Part shown: positions 25,377-41,899 of the stretch, piece by piece
Layout: every line of letters begins with the position of its first letter
How positions within the stretch are numbered: position 1 is the first letter of the stretch
From: the human T2T-CHM13v2.0 reference genome, Homo sapiens
Assembly (NCBI RefSeq): GCF_009914755.1
Contig: NC_060944.1
Direction: 5' to 3' (one strand)
Length of the DNA: 64,000 bases
The notes under the pieces: generated by a model
Databases searched by the model: none
The model's input: the letters and a program-made list of their open reading frames with translations, nothing else
Told to the model about the DNA's origin: nothing
Program-made: the position numbers and the translations under genes

Positions 25377-28189
25377 TGACTCTTTCAATAAAGGTCAAAG
25401 ATACCTGATATGATTTCACAAAACTCCTTTCCTAGTTTAAGTGCCCCAAGTATACCTTTCTCCCCTTTAGGGGTCCTAACGAAACAGAGTAGAGCCTCAG
25501 ACACTCCTGGACCCTGTCAGTTCCAAAAGGCAATGCCCAAACCTCCCTGAATGATGTGATTTCACAGGACTGAAGAATCTTACCTTTCTCCCTTCCACAT
25601 ACCGGTCTGAGCAGAGCCGAATAGCTTCATTTTAAACTAGAGTCTAGAAGTTAGAGGAGGGGGGCCAGGCAGAGGAAGGAGCGATGCTAACTGTAGACTG
25701 AGTATAAGACACCTTAAACACATACAATTTACCACTTACCAGATCTGATCCCTCAATTCTAACACTTTTCCTTTCTATGTCCCAATAAAATTGCCACAAA
25801 TAAATGAACACTCCAACCCTATTCTTGTCTCAGCAAATAATTTGTTGAGCAACCTTAAGAATTAAAAAGGCAAAAAAACTGGCTAGACAGGTGGCTCATG
25901 ACCATAATCCCAGCACTTTGGAAGGCCGAGCAGGCAGATCACGTGAGGCCAGGAGTTCAAGACCAGTCTGGGCTACATGGCGAGACCCTGTCTCTACCAA
26001 AAAAAAAGGGCAAAAAAACCGAACTTTCTCTAGGTGCTGAGGTATTCTGCTGAGAATCTACAAAACTTCAAAGCCCCTAGTGAGGGCTTAGAGACTGGCA
26101 GTAAGGACCTTAGCTGTTAATGTGGATGTTAACTGGGCTAGACTCTTCTGTGTTTCTGTTTCCACACGGGAGCAGGGCCTCAGAGAGGAGTCTACCAGTA
26201 CTGCGAAGGTGAAGCACTAGTGCAAAGGTGTTTAGGTCAAGTTCAGTGTCACTCGCAGGTCTAAGCCAAACTAAAATTATTCAGTCTAGCAATCCATCCC
26301 TTCCTTTTTGTTCTAGACTCCATGCTGATAGGAGAAAAACAGCACATCACAAACATTTGTGAAACTTTTTCAGCTACACAGCCCTTCCGCTTCTCTTTTA
26401 AGACTCTGCTATTCCTCTATCAGAATGGCAAGAAGGATGTGGGTAGATATAGTATGACTAAGCCCTGTAGATGATTCTGTTAGAGCTACTGCTTTTAAAG
26501 GGTTTCATAAAACCCTGTCTTTAGAAAACCTCTCCATATAACAACAGGCAGTAGGCACTCATGTCCTCTCAGCCCATCTAAATGGGGCTTCTAGAGGAAT
26601 TACAAAATCCAGGCAGGTAAAGAGAAGTAGCTGCATGCACACAGTCGTCATAAGAGAAAATTCCCAAATAAATGGTCCAAGTACCTATAACTGTTAGCTC
26701 AATAAACACTTGGTTTTATCTGCTTTTACAATTTGCAAGGCTGTATAGAGGCTGTATAGTACATACTTCAGACAAATAAAGAAGGAGTTTCAGAATTCTT
26801 TTGTTTTTTTTTTCAGACAGGGTCTCGCTCTGTTGTTCAGTCTGGAGGGCAGTGGTGCAATCTCCGCTCACTGCATCCTCGACCACTGCCCCCCACCTCT
26901 CACCCCGGCAACCTCCCGGGCGAGGATCGCTCAAGGATCTCAAACGATCCTCCCACCTCAGCCTCCTAAGTAGCTTGGACTACAAGCCCACCACCACGCC
27001 TGGCTACATTTTGTTTTTTTGTGTGTTTTTTTTGTTTTTTGTTTTTTTCGTAGAGACAGAGTTTCCCTATGTTGCCCCCAGGTTGGTCTCGAACTCCTGG
27101 GCTCAAGTAATCCTTCCACTTCGGCCTCCCAAAGTGCTGGGATTACAGGCATGAGCCACCGCACCTGACCTCAGAATTATTTTATATCAAAGTTGACTTA
27201 TTCACATGATGAATGGCAAGGCCTTATTAGGGACTAAAAAAATAAACCAATGGATGGGGAAGAAAATCATACTGACTAATAAACATTAGACCTGCATAAC
27301 TGCCAAAGGCCTCACTTTTTAAGTTATGTTATGCAGCACAGAGTCTTCAGATTTTATTTACTTATTTATTTATTTATTTATTCATTTATTTGAGACGGAC
27401 TCTCGCTCTCTCGCCCAGGCTGGAGTGCAGTGGCGCGATCTCGGCTCACTGCACACTCCGCCTCCCGGGGTTCACGCCACGCTCCTGCCTCAGCCTCCAG
27501 AGTAGCTGGGACTACAGGCGCCCGCCACCACGCCCAGCTATTTTTTTGTATTTTTAGTAGAGACGGGGTTTCACCATATTAGCCAAGATGGTCTCGATCT
27601 CCTGACCTCGTGATCCGCCCGCCTTGACCTCCCAAAGTGCTGGGATTACAGGCGTGAGCCACTGTGTCCGGCCCAGATTTTATTTTAGTCTACCAGGTAG
27701 TAGCAAACTATCCAAGGACTTGCCCAGGACCATTCAGGTCAGTGAGCTACAGAATCTAGTTCTGGAAAGGCAGCCATTCTTACTATTCACAAAGTGTAGA
27801 AAACGTGAATTCAGATTCCAGCAGCAACAAATGACTGGAGCACAAAACGCCAGCCACAGTTGGTGCTAACGCAGCTGGCTATCAGCTCCACAGGATGAAG
27901 CACTGTCCAAGGGTCTGATCAGTGAAGCATCACCCAAGACTGATGAACACAGCTGATATGAGGGGACCCAAAGTTCCCTGAGTCAAGACAGAAGAGCTGT
28001 GTCACGGTTTGCACAGAAAGAGAAAGAGCAACTATTCTTACCCACGGAAAGAAAAAGGGAGAAGGCCATCAATACTACCCTTAGGCTTGTGCAACGAGAA
28101 ACTGCTAAAAATGGGGGGAAGGTATATATCCTATCATACTGATGTTTACCGAAGACTCCGCATCCCAAATGCTAAGCAACATACTGTAG

Positions 28190-28460
28190 GGCCTTGCTAC
28201 TCAGTGTGTGGTCTGCGTGCCAGAGGCTTCAGCCTCGTCTGGAATCTAGTTAGGAACACAGTTATCTCAGAACCCACCCCAGTCCTACAGAATCAGAATC
28301 TCTAAGCGATTCGCAGGCACATCAAAGTGTGATGAGAGGCGCGGCAGAATATCTGACTACATTCTCTTAACAGCACCGTGAGACAAGTACTGTTACGATC
28401 TCCATTTCACAGAGGAAAAAAAATCAAGGGTCAGATAAGCCCCCTGCCAAAGATCACAAA
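28190..28460. mobile_element. MER5-type hAT MITE (about 28190-28340) followed by a MIR fragment
   Basis: gctactcagtgtgtggtc...cccaccccagtcctacagaatcagaatct, then ctccatttcacagaggaaa. Confidence 0.6.
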
Positions 28461-28830
28461 CTCAGGAGCGGCGAGAGTCACTGAAGTTCTCACCACAGCC
28501 AGGCCTGCGAGAGGCACTGGCAACCCAGGCCAAGAGCTGAACAAGGCCTCGATGCGCGCCAGCTCTGGGCCGGCCGGGAGGACAGGAGGCACAGGCCAAG
28601 GCCCAGGACGGTCGTGAACGCGGAAAGAGGCCGCCGCGACCTCCTCCCCGGCCGCCGCCACTCACCTGATCCTCCCGAAGGTGGGCGCCGCAACACCAAA
28701 CCGGGGACGCCGCGGGCGGCGGCGACACAGATACTGGCTCCTCCGGCGACTCCGAGCCTCACAGCCCCACTTCCGGCCAACTGCCCGCTACTTCCGCCTG
28801 CTGCGCGAGTGACGGATGCGGCCGAGGCTC
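28450..28830 (-). promoter_or_regulatory. CpG-island promoter of UBOX5/FASTKD5 with tandem ETS (GABPA/ELK-type) sites
   Basis: High CpG density. CCGGAAGT at 28776-28769 and GCGGAAGT at 28797-28790. No TATA box seen. Confidence 0.8.
28666..28800 (-). other. UBOX5: Non-coding first exon shared by UBOX5 and FASTKD5 (5' end approximate)
   Basis: Consensus donor CAG|GTGAGT (GT at 28665-28664) inside a CpG island; no ATG in the exon. Sharing with UBOX5 is established knowledge of the locus, not visible in this window. Confidence 0.8.
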
Positions 28831-28884
28831 AAAAGACTCTGTCAGCGTTTCCCAAGGACATTTTCCACTGGAGGACGTTGTTGA

Positions 28885-29079
<195 letters not shown>

Positions 29080-29139
29080 CTACTAAAAATACAAAAATTA
29101 GCCGGGCGTGGTGGCGCACGCCTATAATCCAGCTATTCA

Positions 29140-29300
<161 letters not shown>

Positions 29301-29741
29301 GTAGCTTAGACACATGTTCAAATCTGAGGACCACCACTCAGGGTTTTATGGCCTTGGAGAAGTCACATAAATTCATTCTTGTTATATTATTATTATTATT
29401 TTCATAGAGACGGGGATGGCAGTGTCTTCCTATGTTGCCCAGGCTAGTCTCGAACTCCTGGGCTCATGCAATACTGCCGCCTCAGCCTCCGAAAGTACTG
29501 GGATTACAGGTATGAGCCATCGCACCCGGCCCACATAAATTCTCTAAGCCTGTACAGTGAGAAAAACAATACATTTTTTTTTTTTTTGAGACAAAGTCTT
29601 GCCCCATTGCCCAGGCTGGGGTGCAATGGTGCAATCATGGCTCACTGCAGCCTCAACCTCCTGGGTTCAAGTGATCCTCCTGCCTCAGCCTCCTGAGTAG
29701 CTAAGACCACAGGCATGCACCACCACACCTGTCTAATTTTA

Positions 29742-30161
<420 letters not shown>

Positions 30162-30639
30162 CTAAGAAGGAGGGCTGGGTCCTACTGGGTACATATATTG
30201 ACACAGCTGTCAGTATAGGTACCTAGACAAGAAAGAGACTCTACTAAACCTCTACCTATCAGAAAGTCCTGGCCCCAGGCTGCCATTCCTGAGGGCACTT
30301 GAGATCTGCCGATCAGGGTCTTCATATCTTGTCAATGCCTTGGCTCTAAGGGGTGTGAAGGAGAGCTGAGAAATCATGCTCCCTCCAGGGCCTATCTTGT
30401 AGGGAAGACAAAATCAATGTAGGAAGAACACGTCCCTGCCAGGAGGGGCAAGCCTGACATCCCAACTCCTGAGCTCTGGAGACAGCGCTGTTTGAATATC
30501 TGGAGCCCCAGACCACAGACACCACTGCTTAGGGAGGGTTCTCTCCCTCAGGCCAGACCAGGGCAAACACTATTCATTGTTATGACTCTGTCCTTGCCAG
30601 TAGAACCCAGAGAAAGCAGAGAGCCTGCCCCCAAGGAAT

Positions 30640-31022
30640 GAACCATGTTTGTTCCTAGGCAGCCATGACAATCCTGTTTCTCTTTGTAATACTCAAATTC
30701 CCATTCTCCCTTGAAGTGGGAGGAGCATGTGGCTCAGTTCTGGCCAACAGGACTTAAAGGGAAGGGTCCTGGGAGGGCTCTGGGAAAGCTTTTACTTTTC
30801 ATGATAAAGTAGGGCCGCCTCAATGTCTTCATGGAGCTGTGGCAGCCACTTTGTGGTAAGGAGGGAACAACATGCCAAGGATGGAACAGTGGGAGGATGA
30901 AAATCTAGGTCCCCGAGGATCCAACAACCATGACACCACCTCCGGATTTCTTGTCAGGTTGGGGAAAAATAAACCACTCTTTGAGGTCCTTTGATTACTT
31001 ACAGCAGAGTGCATTCTTGATT
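30640..31022 (+). mobile_element. Old MaLR LTR (MLT1-type)
   Basis: catgtggctcagttctggccaa, ggagctgtggcagcca, cctccggatttcttgt...aaataaacc. Confidence 0.6.
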
Positions 31023-31519
31023 GTGTGCTTTGAGAGGATGACAGAGGAACTGTTGTAAAGGGAAGCTCTCTGCTGTGCAGCACGCTTGGGTCCCTTTTGC
31101 CTTTGGGGCTTCGCCATTAATTGCAAACCTGTTCCCAGTCTTCACTTCTATCCATTCAGCCCGCAAACATCTACCAGTTGCTGTAAGGTGGCTTAGGCGA
31201 CTGCAGGCTGCATCTAGCTGTCCTGCGTCACCTGTTTTCTGGCTAGCAGCTTAGTGTCCAGATTCTGAGCTGGAGCCAGCTTTTAACCCCTTTGGCAACA
31301 GTCTGAGCTGAAGAGAAAGCCCCACTGGGCATATACATGGCACCACGACTCTTCCCGGGCAACGTGGCAGAACTTGGGCTTTGGGCCAACCTCCTAGCAC
31401 GGCCCAGTGAGCACCTCCAGTCTCATGCCTCCTCTGGGAAATCTGTTTACTCCAGCTTTGCCCCCATCCCCCACCCGGGCCTCACCTCCCGCACCTGCAA
31501 AGACACAAGCAGGCCAAAG

Positions 31520-33358
31520 AATACCACTCAAGAGGCTTTTTCCGTTTTATTTCTTTGGGAAAGGAAAACAAAAAGTCTTTCCATCACATATGGTAGAGAT
31601 ATATATTTATATATATTTATATATAATTTCTTTTGTGGTTGGACGTCCCAAAGCTGAGTCTGTTCATATTTTTTTCTATTTTTTTCTTACTAATGCCTTC
31701 TCTTCTCCCTGCCCCTGTGGCCTAGGCCCAGGTTCTAGGGCAGGTACAGTGAGGGGTGAATGGAATGGGCAGTGGTCGCCAGGATGGCCTCCCACCCAGC
31801 TCAGAGACCTGGTGAGGACCACCCAGAAGGGCTGTGCAGAGGGTTAGAGGCCACACAGAGGGGCACTCATGTTTTTGTGGGGGATGCACAGCTCATTAAA
31901 CAGTCACCAGTCATGGGAGGAGGCTGGTCAGGGGCTAGGGGACTTGCTCACAGTAGTTGCCAGCTCTCTCCACCTTGCCCCCCAAAACTCAGTCTTGGGG
32001 GTGGGAGGAAGAGAGTGAAAAAGAGAGAGATATAAGGGCTGAGGGCCAAGCCTCCTCCAATTTTTATTGCTGGTGAATTAGAAATTTGCTTTTCCCTTCC
32101 TGTCTTGGGGAGATAGACTCTGAGAGGGCCCCAAGAGAAGCAGCTGACATTGGCTGACCTAACCCCTCATGCCAGGCCTACCCTGGGCAGGTGCTGAGCC
32201 ACCTCAGGGCGCCAGGAACCTCTCAGGTCAGCCTTGTTCTTCAAGGGCAATCACATCCAACTCTCCCCCCGCCCCCAAAACAAGGGCCTCCGGCTCAGAC
32301 TTGGGCCAGTGGAGCTGGGAAGTGGGCAGTGCACCAAAGGTCAAGCGGAATTTTCTATTGGAAGAAAAGGTGAGACTTTGGGGAAGAGACTGCCTAGGAA
32401 GATGATGTGCTGAGCATGAAAGCAGAAAGAGGCTGGGGGAATAGAGTGCGGGAAGACATCGCAGACACTCGTCTGACCTCAGAAACTGGGCGAGGAGAGT
32501 GCCTGAGAGGCAGGTAGCACTTAATAGCTGTGTTAGAGCCGGACAGTGGTCCTGGGTGTGGGGTCAGCCAAGCAGATGGGGCTGTTGCCCTGCGGGATCC
32601 TGGCCAGAAGGGTGAGGGTAGAGCCGAGAAGCCGTCAGGCAACGCTTCCCAAGAACAGGAGGACAGATCTTCCCTGGGTGCTGGACTTCCAGCCCCAGTC
32701 CTCCCCTCCCGCAACACACACACAGGGACACACACTCACAACCAGGCCAGGCTCTGAGGCCTGAGTCCAAGAGATCTTGTTGGGGGAGGGGCTGGGCAGG
32801 TAGCCCTCTCAGCCAAAGGCAGGCCATCTGCTCCCACTTGTCCTGCCAATCTGCCCAGGGAGGGAGAGCACTGTAGGAGGGAGAGAGGTCTGGAGCCCAG
32901 GCTCTGTCAGTTTCAGCAAACCCGGTGCAGGCCCCCTCAGGCTCCATGGCCTAGGAGGTGAGCACAGAGAGCATCACTAGACACAGGGTGGCCAACAGTA
33001 GCAGCCCAGGCCTCCAGAAGGACTGGGGCACCTTATGGCACTGCACGTCTGCTGCCTCCATCTCCAACAAGGGGGTGCCGAGAAAGGGAGCATGACTCCC
33101 CCACCACCTAGGATTGCCCCCACTCACCCTGCCCTCCTCCTATTCCCTCCTTTTAGGGGGGTCCAAGTGGGCTGCCACGGGGGCAGTGCTGGAGCTAGGA
33201 GGGCAGGTGGGGAGGGAGGAACCTGGTCACAGCTGCTTAGAGAACCTCTTTGGTCTGGGGTTATGGGGTCTATGGGGAAGAGAGATGGAGGGGAGGGGAC
33301 ACTGGGGACTCTGGCCTTTTGACAGGACATGTGTCAAAATGCCGAGTGCCCAGGTCGA
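31520..33358 (-). other. LZTS3: LZTS3 3' UTR (about 1.8 kb)
   Basis: Unique, Alu-free sequence between the stop codon and the AATAAA at 31551-31546. Confidence 0.8.
31546..31551 (-). terminator. LZTS3: LZTS3 distal polyadenylation signal AATAAA
   Basis: TTTATT on plus, with AU-rich sequence upstream and a GU-rich tract downstream on the minus strand. Confidence 0.75.
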
Positions 33359-34120
<762 letters not shown>

Positions 34121-34296
34121 CTACCAGATCTGGAGCCAGGGGCACCAAGCTTCCCGGGGCTGCAGGCTCAGCCCCTCATCAGCAGCGACGCACCCGATTC
34201 CCTGCCTGGACTCAAGATGGACATGTCTCACCCAGCGGATGGCCTCGGGTCCTCACAGACACTCCCAATTGATTTTTGTCCCCCCTGCTCCTTTCA

Positions 34297-35409
<1,113 letters not shown>

Positions 35410-35447
35410 TCATGGCTCCCTGATACCAGATCTCTGTCCTTGATCTA

Positions 35448-36176
<729 letters not shown>

Positions 36177-36335
36177 TCAGTGTCCCCTTCCCTACAATGG
36201 GTACAAAAAGTTCCCAGGCATCCAAGGTGAAGGAATAAGGCTGGGATAAAAGAGAGAACTTGGGAATGGGGGCTGCCTGTTGCCCACCTGATAAAGCCCA
36301 ACCCCCAGGGCTCCATGCACATAGCCCCCAGCGTT

Positions 36336-36365
36336 GCTCAGCTCAGCTCAGCTCAGCTCAGCTCA
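36336..36365 (+). repeat. (GCTCA)6 pentanucleotide repeat in LZTS3 intron 2
   Basis: Six perfect units. Confidence 0.9.
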
Positions 36366-36642
36366 GCGTTCCATTCCTAAACTTCTGCCTTAGCCCCACC
36401 TCCGCCATGAGCTTCCCAGGCTCAGTGACCCTCTCAACTCTTTGCTGCAACCCCAGAATTTTGGGGTTCTTTATCTTGGGTCTGGGACCCTAATATCCCA
36501 ACCTCATGGGCTGGGGAAATGGGGTTGGAAGGGGAGAGCAGTACCTGAATCCAACAGGGAACCAACCTCAGAAATTAGGGGAGGGAGAGAAATACACCCC
36601 TATCCAAAAATTGAGGGTGGGGGTCCTTCCCAGCCCCCTAAC

Positions 36643-36866
36643 CTAAGTGTTGCAGTCAGGGCAGAAGTGGAAGCTCACTACCAGCGCAGGCTTCTCTCCT
36701 TGCCTTTCCAAGGGGTTGAGGGGCCGACGGGTCCTCAAGCCTGGGACCCTCCGAGGCCCGGTCTGCAGGGGCCATGTGCCTCACTCTCGCAGTCGGGGCT
36801 CGGCCCGAACCAGCTGCGCGACTTTGGAGGGGCCGACTGAGCCATCCCGGACTGCAGTTTTCTCCT
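36643..36866 (-). other. LZTS3: LZTS3 exon 2 (224 nt, 5' UTR or partly coding depending on donor choice)
   Basis: Acceptor ttcattcctcccatttcgcag| at 36868-36867; GT donor TAG|gttagg at 36642-36641; alternative GC donor AAG|gcaagg at 36703-36702. Confidence 0.7.
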
Positions 36867-37520
36867 CTGCGAAATGGGAGGAATGAAGGACCTACCTTGC
36901 GGGGCTGCCGCGTGCCAGGCGCCCCGAGGCGGCGAGCGCCTGAGGAAACGGGGGTCTGGGGGAGGGTGGGTAGGCGACACACATCTGGGTCGCGGGTGGG
37001 CGCCGCCAAGGGCACAGCCTGTCCCTCGCGGATGGACGGGGGCCGCGGCTGCAGTAGGTGGCAGGCCTGCCCTCCCCAAGGTCTTCCCAGCTCGGCCGCA
37101 CCGGGGCCCTGGGAAGACAGGGCCCCCTTCCCGGGATCAGTCCTCCGCAGAGGTCCCAGGGCTGGCTGAGGCCGGGGCAGGGGACGCAGTGGCGCCAGCT
37201 GCTGGCACTGACGGAGCCTCTCTCAGGGCCTGCGTTTCCCACAGGTGGGAGGGGGGAGGGGAGGGGAGGGGCCGCTGCAGGGTGCGCGGCCCCAAGGATC
37301 CTGCGCCTGCCGAACCCCGCAAAGAATTCACTGCCACCAGGAAGACTTCCCGGATTACTACCCTCTCCCGCTCCCTGTGGACCTTGACCCTGCTCAGCTT
37401 ACCGTGAAGCCCTCTGAGTCCTTCTGTGGGTGCGCGTCCCCCTCCCCCAAGGCCGGCCCACAAGCGCAGGGGGAGCCAGGCCTCGGGTTACCTGTGCTCA
37501 GGGAGGCCGTGCTTCCTCGT
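36720..37520. promoter_or_regulatory. Intragenic CpG-rich island, candidate alternative LZTS3 promoter
   Basis: CpG-rich, Alu-free stretch with G-tracts (37247-37271) and several minus-strand donor motifs. Confidence 0.55.
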
Positions 37521-38500
37521 TCCTTTGTCTCAAGTTCGCACCTGGGAACACCTGCCCCAGAGATCTGCATAATGCAGCCGGGCAGGAGCACCAGGCAGTG
37601 TCTGCCTCGGGTTAGACCCTCAAATAAGTGTGTGGGAAATGGGAGAGGGCGCCCTTCAGGCCTTTTCCCACTACACCCTGCATAAACCAGGCAGGGAGCC
37701 CTCCTTCCCTATCAAGTTAAGGGGCCCACGTGGCACCCTATGGCCCCACAGACCGTCTTCTACCCAGATGCCCAGTTCTAATGCTGAGTCCCTGGCCCAG
37801 ACCAAGGGCACCTGACAAAACTGTTGTCCTTCGGGAGTCTTCTGGCCCCCACACCAGGAATGAGAGCTCTAGGTTGTTGGAAAGTTCACTACCAAGCCTG
37901 TCCACTGTCTCTGTAGAATTCCATTCTCAGCATCTGTCCCCACAGGTGTGGAGAAGAGCACTTCGCCACCCTCCTCCCTTGGACCCGTCTGTCCCCATAA
38001 GCAAGGGCCAGGACTAGGATGAGGACAGAGAGCCACGTAGGGCACAAATGAAGGGCACAAACAGCAAGTACACAGCCCTGAGGGTGACAGCCTCCTTCCC
38101 TTTGTGCCTTGGGTCCCTCTCTGGCCTCACTCTAGTCCCTGCTCTGCCTCTACTCCCCAGCATACTCCAGCCCCCTATGCCTCAGCCCTGCAACCCCCTC
38201 CTACCTTAAGTATGGACCCTTCTCTTGCCACCTCTGGGTGCAATGTGGGGAGCAGCTGGGGACTGGGAGGATGAAGCCTGAAAGGCCTGAGGCTTGGAAC
38301 CAGTAGGAAGGCCTGGGCAGGGTTTGGGAAAGAACTGGCAAAATTTCATACAGATGAGGTCAGGTGGTGGGGACAAGGGATAATGCTGGACTGGGCACCA
38401 GCGTGCGTGTGACACTGTTAACATGATAGGGGGAGACTGCTTGGGGAAAATAGTTGCTTTGGGAAACACCAGAGGAAGATACCTCTCAAGCACTAAATGG

Positions 38501-40593
<2,093 letters not shown>

Positions 40594-41899
40594 TCCCAGC
40601 AGGACACCGGCAGGACAAGGAAGGGGATGTTTCCCTGGTAAGCAGGAACTGAACTGAGAGGAAAGGTCACGGTCCTGAACTAGTCCAGGTAACTGAGCAT
40701 GGTCTGCAAAGGCAGCCTCCTGGCATCAGTGCACCACCCTGAGATGACAGCCTGTTGCCTGACTGCCTCGATCTCTGTCACCTCAGCCCTCAGTGCCTGG
40801 GGCATTATACACAGTATTAGCGTCATGAGGGGGCCAAACGGACTCTACCTGACAGTTACATGTACAGGTACCTCCAACCCACCCCTCAACCTGTGTCTCT
40901 CCCAAAGCTAGGAACACTTGGGGTCTCAGAGGCCCCAACCCCAGCCCATTCTATCTCCTAAAAATCTCTAGCCAGCCCCTCCATCCAGCACCCCTGCTGG
41001 GGGCTCCTCAATGGACTTTCTTCTCCTGCACTCCCTCCCCCAGGCAGCTGCCAGGGGATTCCTTCTAAAGGGCAAAGCTGATCTTGCCCCTGCTCTGTCC
41101 AAATCCTTCCATGAGCAAGACCAAGTGCAGTAGACAGAGTTCTGGCAGCATCAGCTCCAAGTGTAAATCCCAGCTTGACTGATTAGGGGTGCAACCTCAT
41201 GCAGGTTATTTCACCTCGGGTTCTCACACCTACATTGCAGGCATTTTAAGAAGTAAATGTATGATGGGTGAAATGCCTGGTATTCCTCTTGGTCCCCAGA
41301 ACCAGAGCAGAGCTTGCAGCAGGGTCCCCAAGGACTCTCCTGATGCCCCTCCTCTATCTACCCTGACCTGAGCCCCTCTCTACTTCACACACAAGCTCTT
41401 GCCAGCTCTCTGTGCCCATCCTACATGCTTCTAGACCAGTTCAAAGGCTGGCCTCAGGACAGCATCCCTGATCTCCACCCCCCAGAGGGGGCATCTTGGA
41501 GCACTTGGCTGAGGACACCCCAGGGAGATTTCACTCTGAGGCCTCCCCAGGGCTGGCCTATAGGTTTCCCAGGAGCACAGAGGGCAGAGTCCTGGGGGTC
41601 TCTGGGCCCTGCACCAAGGAAATGCAGGGCAAATGCCTGTGGGAATGCTAGTTATGGGCAATGCAAAGAGGCAGTGAATCCGGGCAGGGAGAGCAGGAGG
41701 GGTTTCCAGGAAGCAGGACTGAGGGAGGAAAGGGATCTGGGGGCACTGCAGGGCTTTTGGGGTGCAGAAATATCCAGAACTTCTTGGTTGGGATGAGTGA
41801 GGGGAGATCCGTCTTCCCTCGGTGGCCTAAGCACTGGCAGCGGAATGGGCCCATCACCTAGCTACTGGCTCTGATGAAGCCAGTGTTTCAGGACTGAGG

